This document shows positions 24,024 through 44,255 of a stretch of DNA of 64,000 bases, piece by piece; position 1 is the stretch's first letter, and every line of letters begins with the position of its first letter. Below the pieces are notes generated by a model. That model ran no database searches and was not told the DNA's origin. It saw only the letters and a program-made list of their open reading frames with translations. The position numbers and the translations under genes are program-made. Location of the stretch: NCBI GenBank assembly GCA_002269645.1, contig NIVC01001755.1, positions 29,944 through 93,943 of the forward strand. Reading direction: 5' to 3'. Source of the stretch: Macrostomum lignano (Eukaryota).

Positions 24024-27000
24024 ATGAAGCCAGCCGAGTTTGCAGCCTCCTCCCCTACCAGCAACTTGTTCAGTTCAGCCTTGCAGCACACCGTGTTCAA
24101 TGCCGCTCTGAATGCCTTATTCCGATTGTCAACCTTCATTTTGAATGCATGGGTATTGCATCACGTGACCAAGTCGGTACTGGGCCAGGCGGCTCAGCTG
24201 ACATTGCTGTATTCCACTGTGACATTCTTTGCCAGGGAACCGTTTCGCAAGGCCTGCGTCAGCGCTCCAAGTACTCAAAGTCAATTGCGCTCGTTGATAG
24301 ATTTACTCTGGCTGGCACCTTGGTTCGGTTTAGCCTGGTCTGTAGTCTTGATCCCGCTGTGGTCTTTGTCTCTGCCAACTATGGAAGTGTGTCTGTACGC
24401 CGGGTCAGCTATGGTCGAACTGTTAACAGAGCCGTTACAGATTCTGTTACAGATTCACTTGGTGATGGGTAGACGCGTAGCTGCTGAGGGCTGGGCTCAG
24501 TTAGCCAGGTGCGTCTTTGTCGGCGTAGGCGTGACATTGTCCCACTCGCCGGATTGGTCAATCAGGGTCTATTCTGTTGGTCAGCTGATCTATGGCTGCG
24601 TGTTGCTGGCGGTGATGTGGGCAGGCGCTCGAAGGATGATTCGGCCGGGTGCCGAGGGCGGAGAGAGACGTCTTGCCGGCTTGCTTGGGGTGCCTCTTGT
24701 GTCGCCTAATCTGCTCCGTTTGCCTTGGCATTTTGCCAGATCGGCACTCACGGTTGGTTCGGCGTCTTCGATTGAAACGGCTTCGCCGGATTCGAACTCG
24801 GAACCGTTGGACCCGGCTCAGACGGCGTTAGTGCGATCTTTTCTAGGCCAATGTGCGGTGAAACAGTTGCTAACAGAGGGTGAAAAGTACGTGTTGACGT
24901 TTACTAATTTGTTAAGTCTGGCCGAGCAAGGACTACTGGACAGTGTGTCCAATTTGGGGTCCTTGGCTGCACGACTGCTGTTTCAGGTGAGAGTTTAAGC
25001 TGCTGGCCATTGACCGTTGAGTGAAGAATCTGCCGTGTCGTGCATTTTCCTGACAATAAAATAAGTTAAAATAAGGCCACAGATACAGTTAGCCACTGGT
25101 ACTGGATGTGCGAGCGAAGGGAGAGAGGAGAGAGATTGAGAGATGAGAGATTGAGATCGGGGTGAGGGAGAGATAGAGAGGGAACAAGGGAGAGAGGAGA
25201 GAGAGATTGAGAGATGAGAGATTGACATCGGAGAGAGGGAGAGATAGAGAGAGAGAGCAAGGGAGAGAGGAGAGAGATTGAGAGATGAGAGATTGAGATC
25301 GGGGAGAGGGAGAGATAGAGAGAGAGGAGAGAGATTGAGAGATGAGAGATTGAGATCGGGGTGAGGGAGAGATAGAGAGAGAACAAGGGAGAGAGGAGAG
25401 AGAGATTGAGAGATGAGAGATTGAGATTGGGGTGAGGGAGAGATAGAGAGAGAACAAGGGAGAGAGGAGAGAGATTGAGATCGGGGGGAGGGAGAGATAG
25501 AGAGAGAGGAGAGAGATTGAGAGATGAGAGATTGAGATCGGGGAGAGGGAGAGATAGAGAGAGAGGAAAGAGATTGAGAGATGAGAGATTGAGATTGGGG
25601 TGAGGGAGAGATAGAGAGAGAACAAGGGAGAGAGGAGAGAGAGATTGAGAGATGAGAGATTGACATCGGAGAGAGGGAGAGATAGAGAGAGAGAGCAAGG
25701 GAGAGAGGAGAGAGATTGAGATCGGGTTGAGGGAGAGATAGAGAGAGAGGAGAGAGATTGAGAGATTGAGATCGGGGAGAGGGAGAGATAGAGAGAGAAC
25801 AAGGGAGAGAGGAGAGAGAGATTGAGATGGGGAGAGGGAGAGAATGAGAAAGAGAGGGAGAGGGAGAGACGCTCGTATCTAATGAGGAAAGAGAGAGAGA
25901 GTGATAGAGAGGAGAGGTCACGACGGCGTATTGAGTTCTATTTTGAGTTTTCACATTCAATATTTAACATATTGAAACAATTCATCGATTCCAAAATCTA
26001 AAGCGAAATTGTTAGGGAATTCGTGACAGATTCTTTAAAAATGCAAATTGCGAGTCTTCTTGCTTGTCGTCTTGATTTTCGGCAGTGACTGTCTGACTAT
26101 CAGCAGCGCCAACACCATCAAATAATTTTATTGCAGCCTGTCGAAGAGGGCGCCTATCATTTCTTTGGCAAGTCGCTGCGTCGAGGTCAAGCGCCGGAGC
26201 AGCAGGACCCGGACCGGGTCACGCTGGCTGGGATCTACTTGCGTGGCGCGCTAAGATTAGTGTCCCTGATTGGCTGGTCGGTAGCTCTGTTCTCCGTGCC
26301 CTATTCCACTCAGCTGCTTCATTTGTACAGCGGCGCCACTTTGAGCGAAGGCGAGGGCCCGAATTTGCTTCGGTTGTTTAGTTGCTACGTGCTGCTGTTG
26401 GCTTGGAATGGCGTTTCTGAGGCATTCATGTTTGCTACAATGTCCCGAGTTGAGGTGCGTTACTTGGCTTTAGCGTATTTTTATATTGCTGAAGGCCCAA
26501 AAACTTCTTCCCATTGAAGTGACAAGAATCGCTAAAGAGTCATTTCAAAACAGTCGCTAGTTACTCTAGCAACTCTGCATGGGGCGACTCTTGTGACTTT
26601 TTAACGACTCAAGTAGACTAAATAGAGTTGTTATACGGGCGTAACTGCGAAACGCGCTTCTTATTCCTAAAGCAGGGATCGGCAATCTTTCTTACCTCAA
26701 GGGCCAGATGAAACAGCAGAGGAGAGGGAATACATCAGAGAGAGAGAAGAGCAGATGTGAGACGAGAGAAAAGAGGGAGGGCAAGAGAGGAGAAAGGAGA
26801 GAAGAGGAGAGAAAGGAGGTAAGAGAGTTGAGAAGAGACGTTGAGCGGGCCGGATTGCTACTGTAAAGTTTCAAAGAATCCGAGGGCCGGATAGAGAGGC
26901 TTTACGGGCCGCATGTGGCCCGCGCGCCGGAGTTTACCGACCGTTGTCATAAATTGACTCAGATGCGCTTTAGAGGCAACTCAGTGATTCTCCAGCACTT

Positions 27001-28319
27001 TAGCACGCCTCAGATACGATTCTACGGCCCCAGAGTCATTATATTAGCGCCCCAGAGTCGTTTTAGAGTCGCAGACAAAAAAACTCCTCAAATTGACTCT
27101 TGATTGGCTTAGCAGTGTGGTGGGCGATGCGGTAGCTCAATATAATCCATAGAAATAAAGACTTTCCGTGACAATATTTGCGTTCCCCGGGATTTTATTT
27201 GGTAATATTCAATAATATCCCGTCAAGTCTTTATGTCTATGGTTTATACGAGATTACACATGCCTTTTTCGGGAGTCAGGCCTCAGGCCCTCGTGATTTA
27301 TACAAATAACTCCATCAAAAGGCATGTTTAATCTGATACATAACAGACAGCGCTAATGCACCCTAGGTTTGGGCCATAGACTATTGATAAGAGCAACAGC
27401 TAGCAACCGCCTACGCACATACTCTCAGGTGGACTCGCACAACCGCAGACTGGTCGGGTATTCCGTAGCCTTCTTAGCTACCGCGGTGGCTGCCACCACC
27501 GCAATACGTCGAATTGGCCCGGCTCTGTTTGGCGTTGGAGAGGAATTAGCTTGCGCAGGTTTTGTGCTGGCTAACTGCGTTAACATTGGATTGAGAGCTG
27601 CTTCTAGTCTAGTGTTTGCCGGCAGATACGTTCTAGGGAAAGATGATGTTGATGGAGTTGTTGGTTGGCTGCTGCCGTGTCGGCAAGTTCGTCTGGTGAT
27701 GATTGGAGCTTTTGTGGTTACCTGCTACTCTAATTTGGTGAGTGGTTTCTGACCTGATTTTCTAATAAATTTAACCAAAAATCCGATCTTTTAAATCAAT
27801 TAATAACTTTAAAATATGTGTTCTAATAAACACGATTAGCTTTCTGGTAAATCTGTTTCTAGGAAAATATATCCTACTTTCATTTAGAGAATCATTATAG
27901 GTCTACTGATTTCTAAGAATTATCATAGGTCTACTGATTTCTAAGAATGTCCACAAAAAACTCAGTTTCTAAAAAGCCCCTGTTGAGTCGCTTTCAATAG
28001 AACCTTATCGAAATATCTCATCTTCCATCTATGACGTCACTGTCCCTCTCCCATCTCAGGCCTTCACCGGTGACCACCGACCATCCAGTCAGCTGTGCCA
28101 CCTGACCATGGTGCCAACGCTTTTCTCCTGGTGGTGACGGCCTGCTTGGCTTTCGAGTCCGACTTGTCAACCCTGGCCTCGCAGCTGCCAGCAATAAACA
28201 GATTGAAGTCGTCTGTGATTGGTCGCCATGCCAACAGGTTGCTGCTAGCTGTACACAGCTTGGCTGCTGTTGGCCTGCTTCTCTGCCTGTTGCTAAGAAG
28301 TTTTAGTTCAAAATTTTAA
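24024..28319 (+). CDS. RFT1: RFT1 (Man5GlcNAc2-PP-dolichol translocation protein), exons 24024-24986, 26137-26454, 27429-27737, 28060-28319; one frameshift at ~28110
   Basis: FRLSTFILN, LLYSTVTFFAREPFRKAC, KQLLTEGEK, VSNLGSLAARLLFQPVEE, LLLAWNGVSEAF, GFVLANCVN motifs; all introns phase 0 GT-AG. Confidence 0.93.
25115..25905. repeat. GA-rich composite tandem repeat in RFT1 intron 1
   Basis: Purine-only-like units (GGGAGAGATAGAGAGAG, GAGATTGAGAGATGAGAGATTGAGATCGGG). Confidence 0.92.
26673..26946 (+). mobile_element. hAT (Buster/Charlie-like) MITE with GA-rich core, RFT1 intron 2
   Basis: Ends CAGGGATCGGCAATC ... GAGTTTACCGACCGTTG; flanks TCCTAAAG / TCATAAAT (6/8, central TA typical of Buster targets); GGCCGCATGTGGCCCGCG subterminal motif. 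Confidence 0.72.
27147..27242. mobile_element. Small MITE-like inverted repeat
   Basis: CCATAGAAATAAAGACTT vs reverse complement CCATAGACATAAAGACTT (17/18). Confidence 0.5.
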
Positions 28320-28874
28320 GATTTGTAGGTGCCAAAGCAAAACTAAGTTTTTTAATTGCTTCTTCAATTGAACTGAAGCCCTTGGTGTTCTTAGTGCGTT
28401 AGAGTTTTATCGGCATTTTTTGCACCAATAATAATGCTAACTGTTTATGAACAAATCAATTTGATAAATGCTCTTTTGAAAACTTTCTTTCTTTACGTGT
28501 GTATCTGCTGGTTATGACATTTTCTATTATATTATAGCTATTCACAATATAACTGTACTAAAGCGGTGTCAATAGCCTAAATGTTCAATGAAGAAGTGTC
28601 TTCATAAATGTGCTTTTAATTTTAAAAAAAGTATAACAAAGTAGTTACAAGCGTATTTTGCAAAAACATTTTTATTTAAAATAGCTCTGCATTAGTATTA
28701 ATTAATGTTACAGATAGGCTTACTCATATAAATTATAATTATGTGTAAAAGTATTTATTTTATTGTGCTCTAGTGACAGGCGCACATACAGGGCATATCT
28801 ATCCAAACTACTATGTGGATCCAGTTCGTTTTACAAGTACTTTTGTATTTGTGAGATCGTTGCATGCGGAAGAG

Positions 28875-30030
28875 CAGTGCTCGTAGCATTGTAGAGGTGG
28901 GTGTGACTGCAGTGCTCATAGCATTGTAGAGGTGGGTGTGAGCAAGGGCTCATAGCATTGTAGAGGTGGGTGTGAGCAAGGGCTCATAGCATTGTAGAGG
29001 TGGGTGTGAGCAAGGGCTCATAGCATTGTAGAGGTGGGTGTGAGCAAGGGCTCATAGCATTGTAGAAGTGGGTGTTGAGCTAGGGCTCATAGCATTGTAG
29101 AGGTGGGTGTGATCAGTGCTCATAGCAATGTAGAGGTGGGTGTGAGCAAGGGCTCATAGCATTGTAGAGGTGGGTGTGACTGCAGTGCTCATAGCATTGT
29201 AGAGGTGGGTGTGAGCAAGGGCTCATAGCATTGTAGAGGTGGGTGTGAGCAAGGGCTCATAGCATTGTAGAGGTGGGTGTGAGCAAGGGCTCATAGCATT
29301 GTAGAGGTGGGTGTGAGCAAGGGCTCATAGCATTGTAGAAGTGGGTGTTGAGCTAGGGCTCATAGCATTGTAGAGGTGGGTGTGATCAGTGCTCATAGCA
29401 ATGTAGAGGTGGGTGTGAGCAAGGGCTCATAGCATTGTAGAGGTGGGTGTGAGCAAGGGCTCATAGCATTGTAGAGGTGGGTGTGAGCAAGGGCTCATAG
29501 CATTGTAGAGGTGGGTGTGAGCAGTGCTCATAGCATTGTAGAGGTGGGTGTGAGCAGTGCTCATAGCATTGTAGAGGTGTGGAGTTTTCCCTGTGGCAGC
29601 GTGCTTTGCATTCCGATACTGTAGCAAGAATCGATCTATGTTGGCCGGGTGTGATCAGTGCTCATAGCAATGTAGAGGTGGGTGTGAGCAAGGGCTTATA
29701 GCATTGTAGAGGTGGGTGTGAGCAAGGGCTCATAGCATTGTAGAGGTGGGTGTGAGCAAGGGCTCATAGCATTGTAGAGGTGGGTGAGAGCAGTGCTCAT
29801 AGCATTATAGAGGTGGGTGTGAGCAGTGCTCATAGCATTGTAGAGGTGTGGAGTTTTCCCTGTGGCAGCGTGCTTTGCATTCCGATACTGCAGCAAGAAT
29901 CGATCTATGTTGGCCGGGTGTGAGCAGTGCTCATAGCATTGTAGAGGTGGGTGTGAGCAGTGCTCATAGCATTGTAGAGGTGGGTGTGAGCAGTGCTCAT
30001 AGCATTGTAGAGGTGGGTGTGAGCAGGGGA
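28875..30030. repeat. 33/34-bp minisatellite (GCATTGTAGAGGTGGGTGTGAGCAAGGGCTCATA) with two copies of a ~70-bp insert
   Basis: Directly visible; inserts at ~29580-29652 and ~29849-29921. Confidence 0.95.
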
Positions 30031-30198
30031 CTCAATGCTTGAAAATCAGTTATCAGCCACAAGAGGCGTTAGTCATTGTTTAAAAAAGATAAGGATTAAT
30101 CTTCTTTCTATCTGCAAACTGTGAGTGATAAATTAAAACAGGCATTCATTAGTAATTTCTCATTACTGACGAAGAATCATTCGTGTGCCAAATCGACA

Positions 30199-39690
<9,492 letters not shown>

Positions 39691-40570
39691 GGCAACCAGC
39701 GACTAAAAACTGAAATCTAGACGCTCCAAATCTTGCCTGCTTGTCTGAGAGACAGACGAAGAACTTTGCAAGTGTATCAGCTGCCTCACTGTCGCTTTGC
39801 AACAATTTAATCGTCTGAGAACCCTCCCCAAATCTGTGTACAATCGAATTTGTACACCTTCAATTTCTGCGGCTGTGCAGTTTTCTATTGGTTGCTTTTA
39901 GAGTTTTCATCTCAATTGGTAAGGCTTCGTGTAGCATCTCTATACAGAACTGTGGCTATTGCTGAGCACAATTCGAGAGAACAGACTCGCCTTTGGAGCT
40001 GTGCGCGCCTATATTCGAATCTCTTTGCCGAATGGAGAAGCTTTTGTAGCACCGCGGCAACTTGCAGACAGCCGTTTTCTTTTCATTTGGACTGCGCTAC
40101 CCACCATCCACTTACGCTATGTGTGCTGCCAATTATAAGCTTGGTTAATTATTTTTTCAGTCTCCATTAGCGTAAACTCAGCAGGTGAGACTTTTTTTCT
40201 ATTTTGGAGAGCTCGTATATTGCTTTAAAAGTAACAAATCGAATTTTTGCGACCACTCAGCATGCAGCTGGATGTATACTACTACTCAATTACGCATTAC
40301 TCGGGCAGACATGCGCCTCAACAACAGAGTTTGTTCATCACTAATTGGCTATTTATACCTACCCTATGCTTATTAAATCGCACAAAGACGCTCATGAATA
40401 TATATGACAGATTGGTTACAATACAAACTTTGCCCAAGGACTACTTATCCCGGCAAAAAATACGTTGAATACTTGGAAAGTATTTGGAAATTAGACATTG
40501 ACAAAACGTAACAAGTACCAGTACTCCCCAATACTTTGAAAGTTTTCCTTGTTGGTATGAAGTTACTCCC

Positions 40571-40785
40571 AAAGTATCGCATGTATGTACAAAGTAACCA
40601 GTCCTGACTTTGAAAGTATCGCATGTATGTACAAAGTAACCAGTCCTGACTTTGAAAGTATCGCATGTATGTACAAAGTAACCAGTCCTGACTTTGAAAG
40701 TATCGCATGTATGTACAAAGTAACCAGTCCTGACTTTGAAAGTATCGCATGTATGTACAAAGTAACCAGTCCTGACTTTGAAAGT
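40571..40785. repeat. Five perfect 42-bp tandem copies (AAAGTATCGCATGTATGTACAAAGTAACCAGTCCTGACTTTG)
   Basis: Directly visible. Confidence 0.97.
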
Positions 40786-41402
40786 TTTCAACGTTTTTTT
40801 GCCGGGTACGTTGCTTTAGTCGTCCTGGGTCGATTCCGTACTGTACGGCCTCATTAATTTGCTGCTTGTGGTTAGACGAAAAATTGGCAGGTTCTAACTG
40901 GTTAGAGTTGCGCGATTTACAGCCATGAGGGCCAACCCCCAAGGCACAGATCGAGAGAGTGTACATGTACATGCCTGACAATTGGAAAGTTTAAGGCCCG
41001 CTGTACGAGCTACGTACCCTGTGTGAATCCAAGAGGCAGCAGATGTGGACAGAATTTGCCTCTCACCGCTGGTAGCGGACCCACAACCTAGTGCGCACCC
41101 ACAACCCTCATGAATATAATTTTTCCATTCCAATAGTTGCCCCAGGAAACGGCGTTAGACGTACGCTGCAGAGAAGCTGATAATTGGACGAGAAGATCAC
41201 ATGGACATGTAGGCTGGGAAGCTTGCTGGCAACCAGCATACCAAATCCTATCCAGACTGCCTATTTCACCCCCATGCTGCACTTGGAAACGGTGGGCTAT
41301 CATAAAAAATTAACATATATATATACTGATACAATTGACAGAGCTACCGTACCGCGCTCTCCTAGTCGCACAACAAGCCTTAGTCCTAGTAGTCTCCTAG
41401 CC

Positions 41403-43027
41403 ATGGATATGACTCTGATCAACTACTTGCTACCGTTGCTACTGTTGCTTTTAGAAACAACAAACCTGGTGAGTTGCTACGAAGCGGCCAAGTTCACCTT
41501 GAGAGATATTCGCCTCTGTCTGAAGCCGCGGAGCACCTGCTCAAACTGGAGCTTAAATCTGATAGAGAGCTCGAATGTTCGCTAAGTTGCTCGAATTTCG
41601 TTAGCTGCCACGGCTTCAGGTTTCTGCGCCGGAGAGCCGAATCTGCCAGCTGTTCTTGTTCGACAAGTGCAGCAACTTTGCCAACAAAATCGGCGGACCA
41701 TGCCCTACCGTGCGCGCCTACGTGAGAAAATACAATGGCTTGCCCGATGGACAACTGCATGTCACAGCAGCTACGGACAGAAGTACGGCACGTCAGTTTA
41801 CAAGCTGCTCAACGCTTCGGACTGGAATGACGGCCTCGCCAAGTGCAACTCAGAGCCGGGACTCGTGAAATCTGCCGACGCCAACGATTAAAATGAGACG
41901 TATAGGGATTAGAAATTAGCAAATAATAAGCATCATTAAAAGGTCGTCAAAGGTAAAGCGAAAGCTTAAAGACTGGAAACAGAACTTAGAGATAAGACAG
42001 CTAAGTAAAAGAAATTAAAAGAACAGCTAGAAAGTGAAATAAATTAAAGATATGATAAGAAGTTAACTGTCACCTTTCCCCAAGATTTCAGACCAAGCGA
42101 GATGACATGAACGTCAGCCGAGGTACCAGGCAGAGTCAGTCGGCGCGGTGCCAGGAGAAGCGATACGGCAAGATACCCCGACTGGCGGGCGAGATAGAGC
42201 AATGGCCAACAGGCAAGGTCAGCGGTGACGTACGTGGATCTTCCCAGGGAGCAAAAGCACGACTCACCGAGGGACGCACGGGTGGTCTGACGTGCGAATA
42301 ATTCGAATACTGAACCCTGGACTGACCCTTAACCATCGCCTGATGTGACCAACGAACAGTTATCAAATTATCTCTCTCGCCCCGTAGCAACACGCTAATC
42401 TAATGTTGCCGCGTCTGTTCTGGCACCCCGCCGTTGCTAATCAGCGGCGGGGGATGACGTGTATCAAAAGATTTATAAAATAGACACGGCCTCGGCCCCG
42501 AAATGGGCAACGCTCGCTGAGACGTTAATTCTATAGCCTGGACTCCAGGGAAGCTCACCAAAATATCTAAAGACTCATATTTGTTATTTGTGCTACAGGC
42601 ACGAGTCATAAGCAGCCCAGTAGCGATCTCCTTTGTAAGCTCTCTTAGGCTTCGAGGGCAGTGGAAGCGATAGAACAAAACCGCTAGACAACCAAGAAAG
42701 AAAGAAGTAGATCCGGAGACCTGAGAGAAGTCTTACAAGACGGCCTTCACTTTCACTGGATCAAGACTAGTCTGAACGACACTCCCTACTTTATTGGTGG
42801 TTACAGGATTGGCGACTTCGACACGGGCACCTGGATCTAGGAGGCCTGCAAAACGACCTTCGCCGCGACCATCTGGAAGACTCCTGGCGAGCCAAGTGGC
42901 GACGGTCCTAAAGTCAGCATCTGGACAAGTGCTATGGGACACACCATCGGACTGAACGATATCCCAAATATAGCATAATCTCTGCGCCAGAAATTTTATG
43001 TGCGAGTGCGTCGACCCATTCCAGTAA
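41403..43027 (+). pseudogene. Secreted PAN/apple-like + C-type lectin domain gene, disrupted (frameshifts, nonsense codons, ~0.8-kb interruption 41900-42710)
   Basis: Signal peptide MDMTLINYLLPLLLLLLETTNLVSC; ECSLSCSNFVSCHGFRF (PAN-like); YKLLNASDWNDGLAKCNSE; then YFIGGYR...GTWI*E...IWKTPGEPSGDG...LND...RNFMCE (CTL), with TAG in place of a Trp codon at ~42838. Confidence 0.68.
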
Positions 43028-43603
43028 ACATCTTGAGCAGTGTCCTGAATGAAAAATTTAAGTTATGAAGTTTAATTACCCGCGGATTCTGATGAGCAAA
43101 CAACTTATAAAGTATCCGACATCTAAAATAGAAAGTCTTCACTATCTATAGACACAATTTGTCAAGTATAGGAAACTATATAAGCTTTTCAAACAAAAAA
43201 TAATTTTCTACAATTCTTCATCTGTGTCACAACCGAAGCCTGTTTTCTAATCTGACTATCTATCAGTTCATTCCTTCGTGCCCTTCGTAATAATTTGTTA
43301 CATATAAGCCTTACTGGCGACTACATATGTATAAGTTCAAAACTAACTTCTGGCAAGCGCTTCTTATATCATTAACGCATTAACTGTTTATTTTTTAATT
43401 GGACGTAAAAATATACTACAAAAAATCTATAAACAGGAACGATAGTGTTGCCCCAAATTTCCCAGTGTCCAGTAGAATCTGTGTTGAACTTGCATCGCTT
43501 AACTCAATGATCGAATGTCATAGGCTATTAGCAGAGGGTCAGGCATCATTAGGACAACGCGTTTATAAGCGATATGAAAATTTTAAATAAATTGTCCAAA
43601 TAA

Positions 43604-44172
43604 ATAAATATTTGGTCACTTCGTCATATATTATTTTTCAAAGCTACTTTGCTCCTGGTCACTTCGTCATCCGATATGACAAAATGGAATATGACGATCT
43701 GACCAGGTGACCGACTTTAACATTTGGTTCCTATTCATTTCGTCATGTGCCATTTCGTCATCTGGGTGTCTGGGGTGCTCACCTCAACTATGGTCAGTTC
43801 GTCATCTTAACATGCACTACCTGAAGAGAGTCATTTCGTCATCTACCGATCACAATAGTTCCAACTTCAAGTGAATTAATGTAACAATCAAACATATCTT
43901 GGAATCCTAATGATCCCAGTCATTTTGTCATCTTGATTGATAAAACCTGTCGATCGATTGGTTCTGCTTGCCGCAACTTATTGTTATTAAACAAAAAAAT
44001 AGTTTACACGAACTCGAATCCCACACAGATTGCGTTGGTTGATGACGAAGTATCCAGCATAACTAAATATTTGGTCACTTCGTCATATTATTTTTCAAGC
44101 TACGTACTTTGCTTTTTGATCACTTCGTCATCCAATATGACGAAATGGAATATGACGATCTGACCAGTGACC
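43604..44172. repeat. ~110-bp direct repeats (43604-43712, 44062-44172) built from GGTCACTTCGTCAT motifs; probable MITE/MULE-like relic
   Basis: Two aligned copies visible; element class is inference. Confidence 0.6.
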
Positions 44173-44174
44173 TA

Positions 44175-44255
44175 GGGTGCGTTCGAGTGGCTTAAAATAA
44201 GTTAAAATGACTTAAAATGAGTTTAAGCGTCATTTTAACGTCCTCAGTAAAACAA
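44175..44255 (+). mobile_element. Harbinger-like TIR end (GGGTGCGTTCGAGTGG...), second copy
   Basis: Aligns with the reverse complement of 15360-15440; partner end not found. Confidence 0.55.

Noticed and set aside
28875-30030. CRISPR-like repeat/spacer appearance (33-34-bp repeats with inserts); also 62925-64000
   Set aside because: Repeats are directly adjacent without unique spacers, the only insert is duplicated, there are no cas genes, and the context is eukaryotic
40180-41100. Possible degenerate Penelope-like GIY-YIG region on the minus strand (LCTYM..KTFKV..TC, VRFNKH)
   Set aside because: Only scattered weak motif resemblance across several frames; not supportable without a profile search
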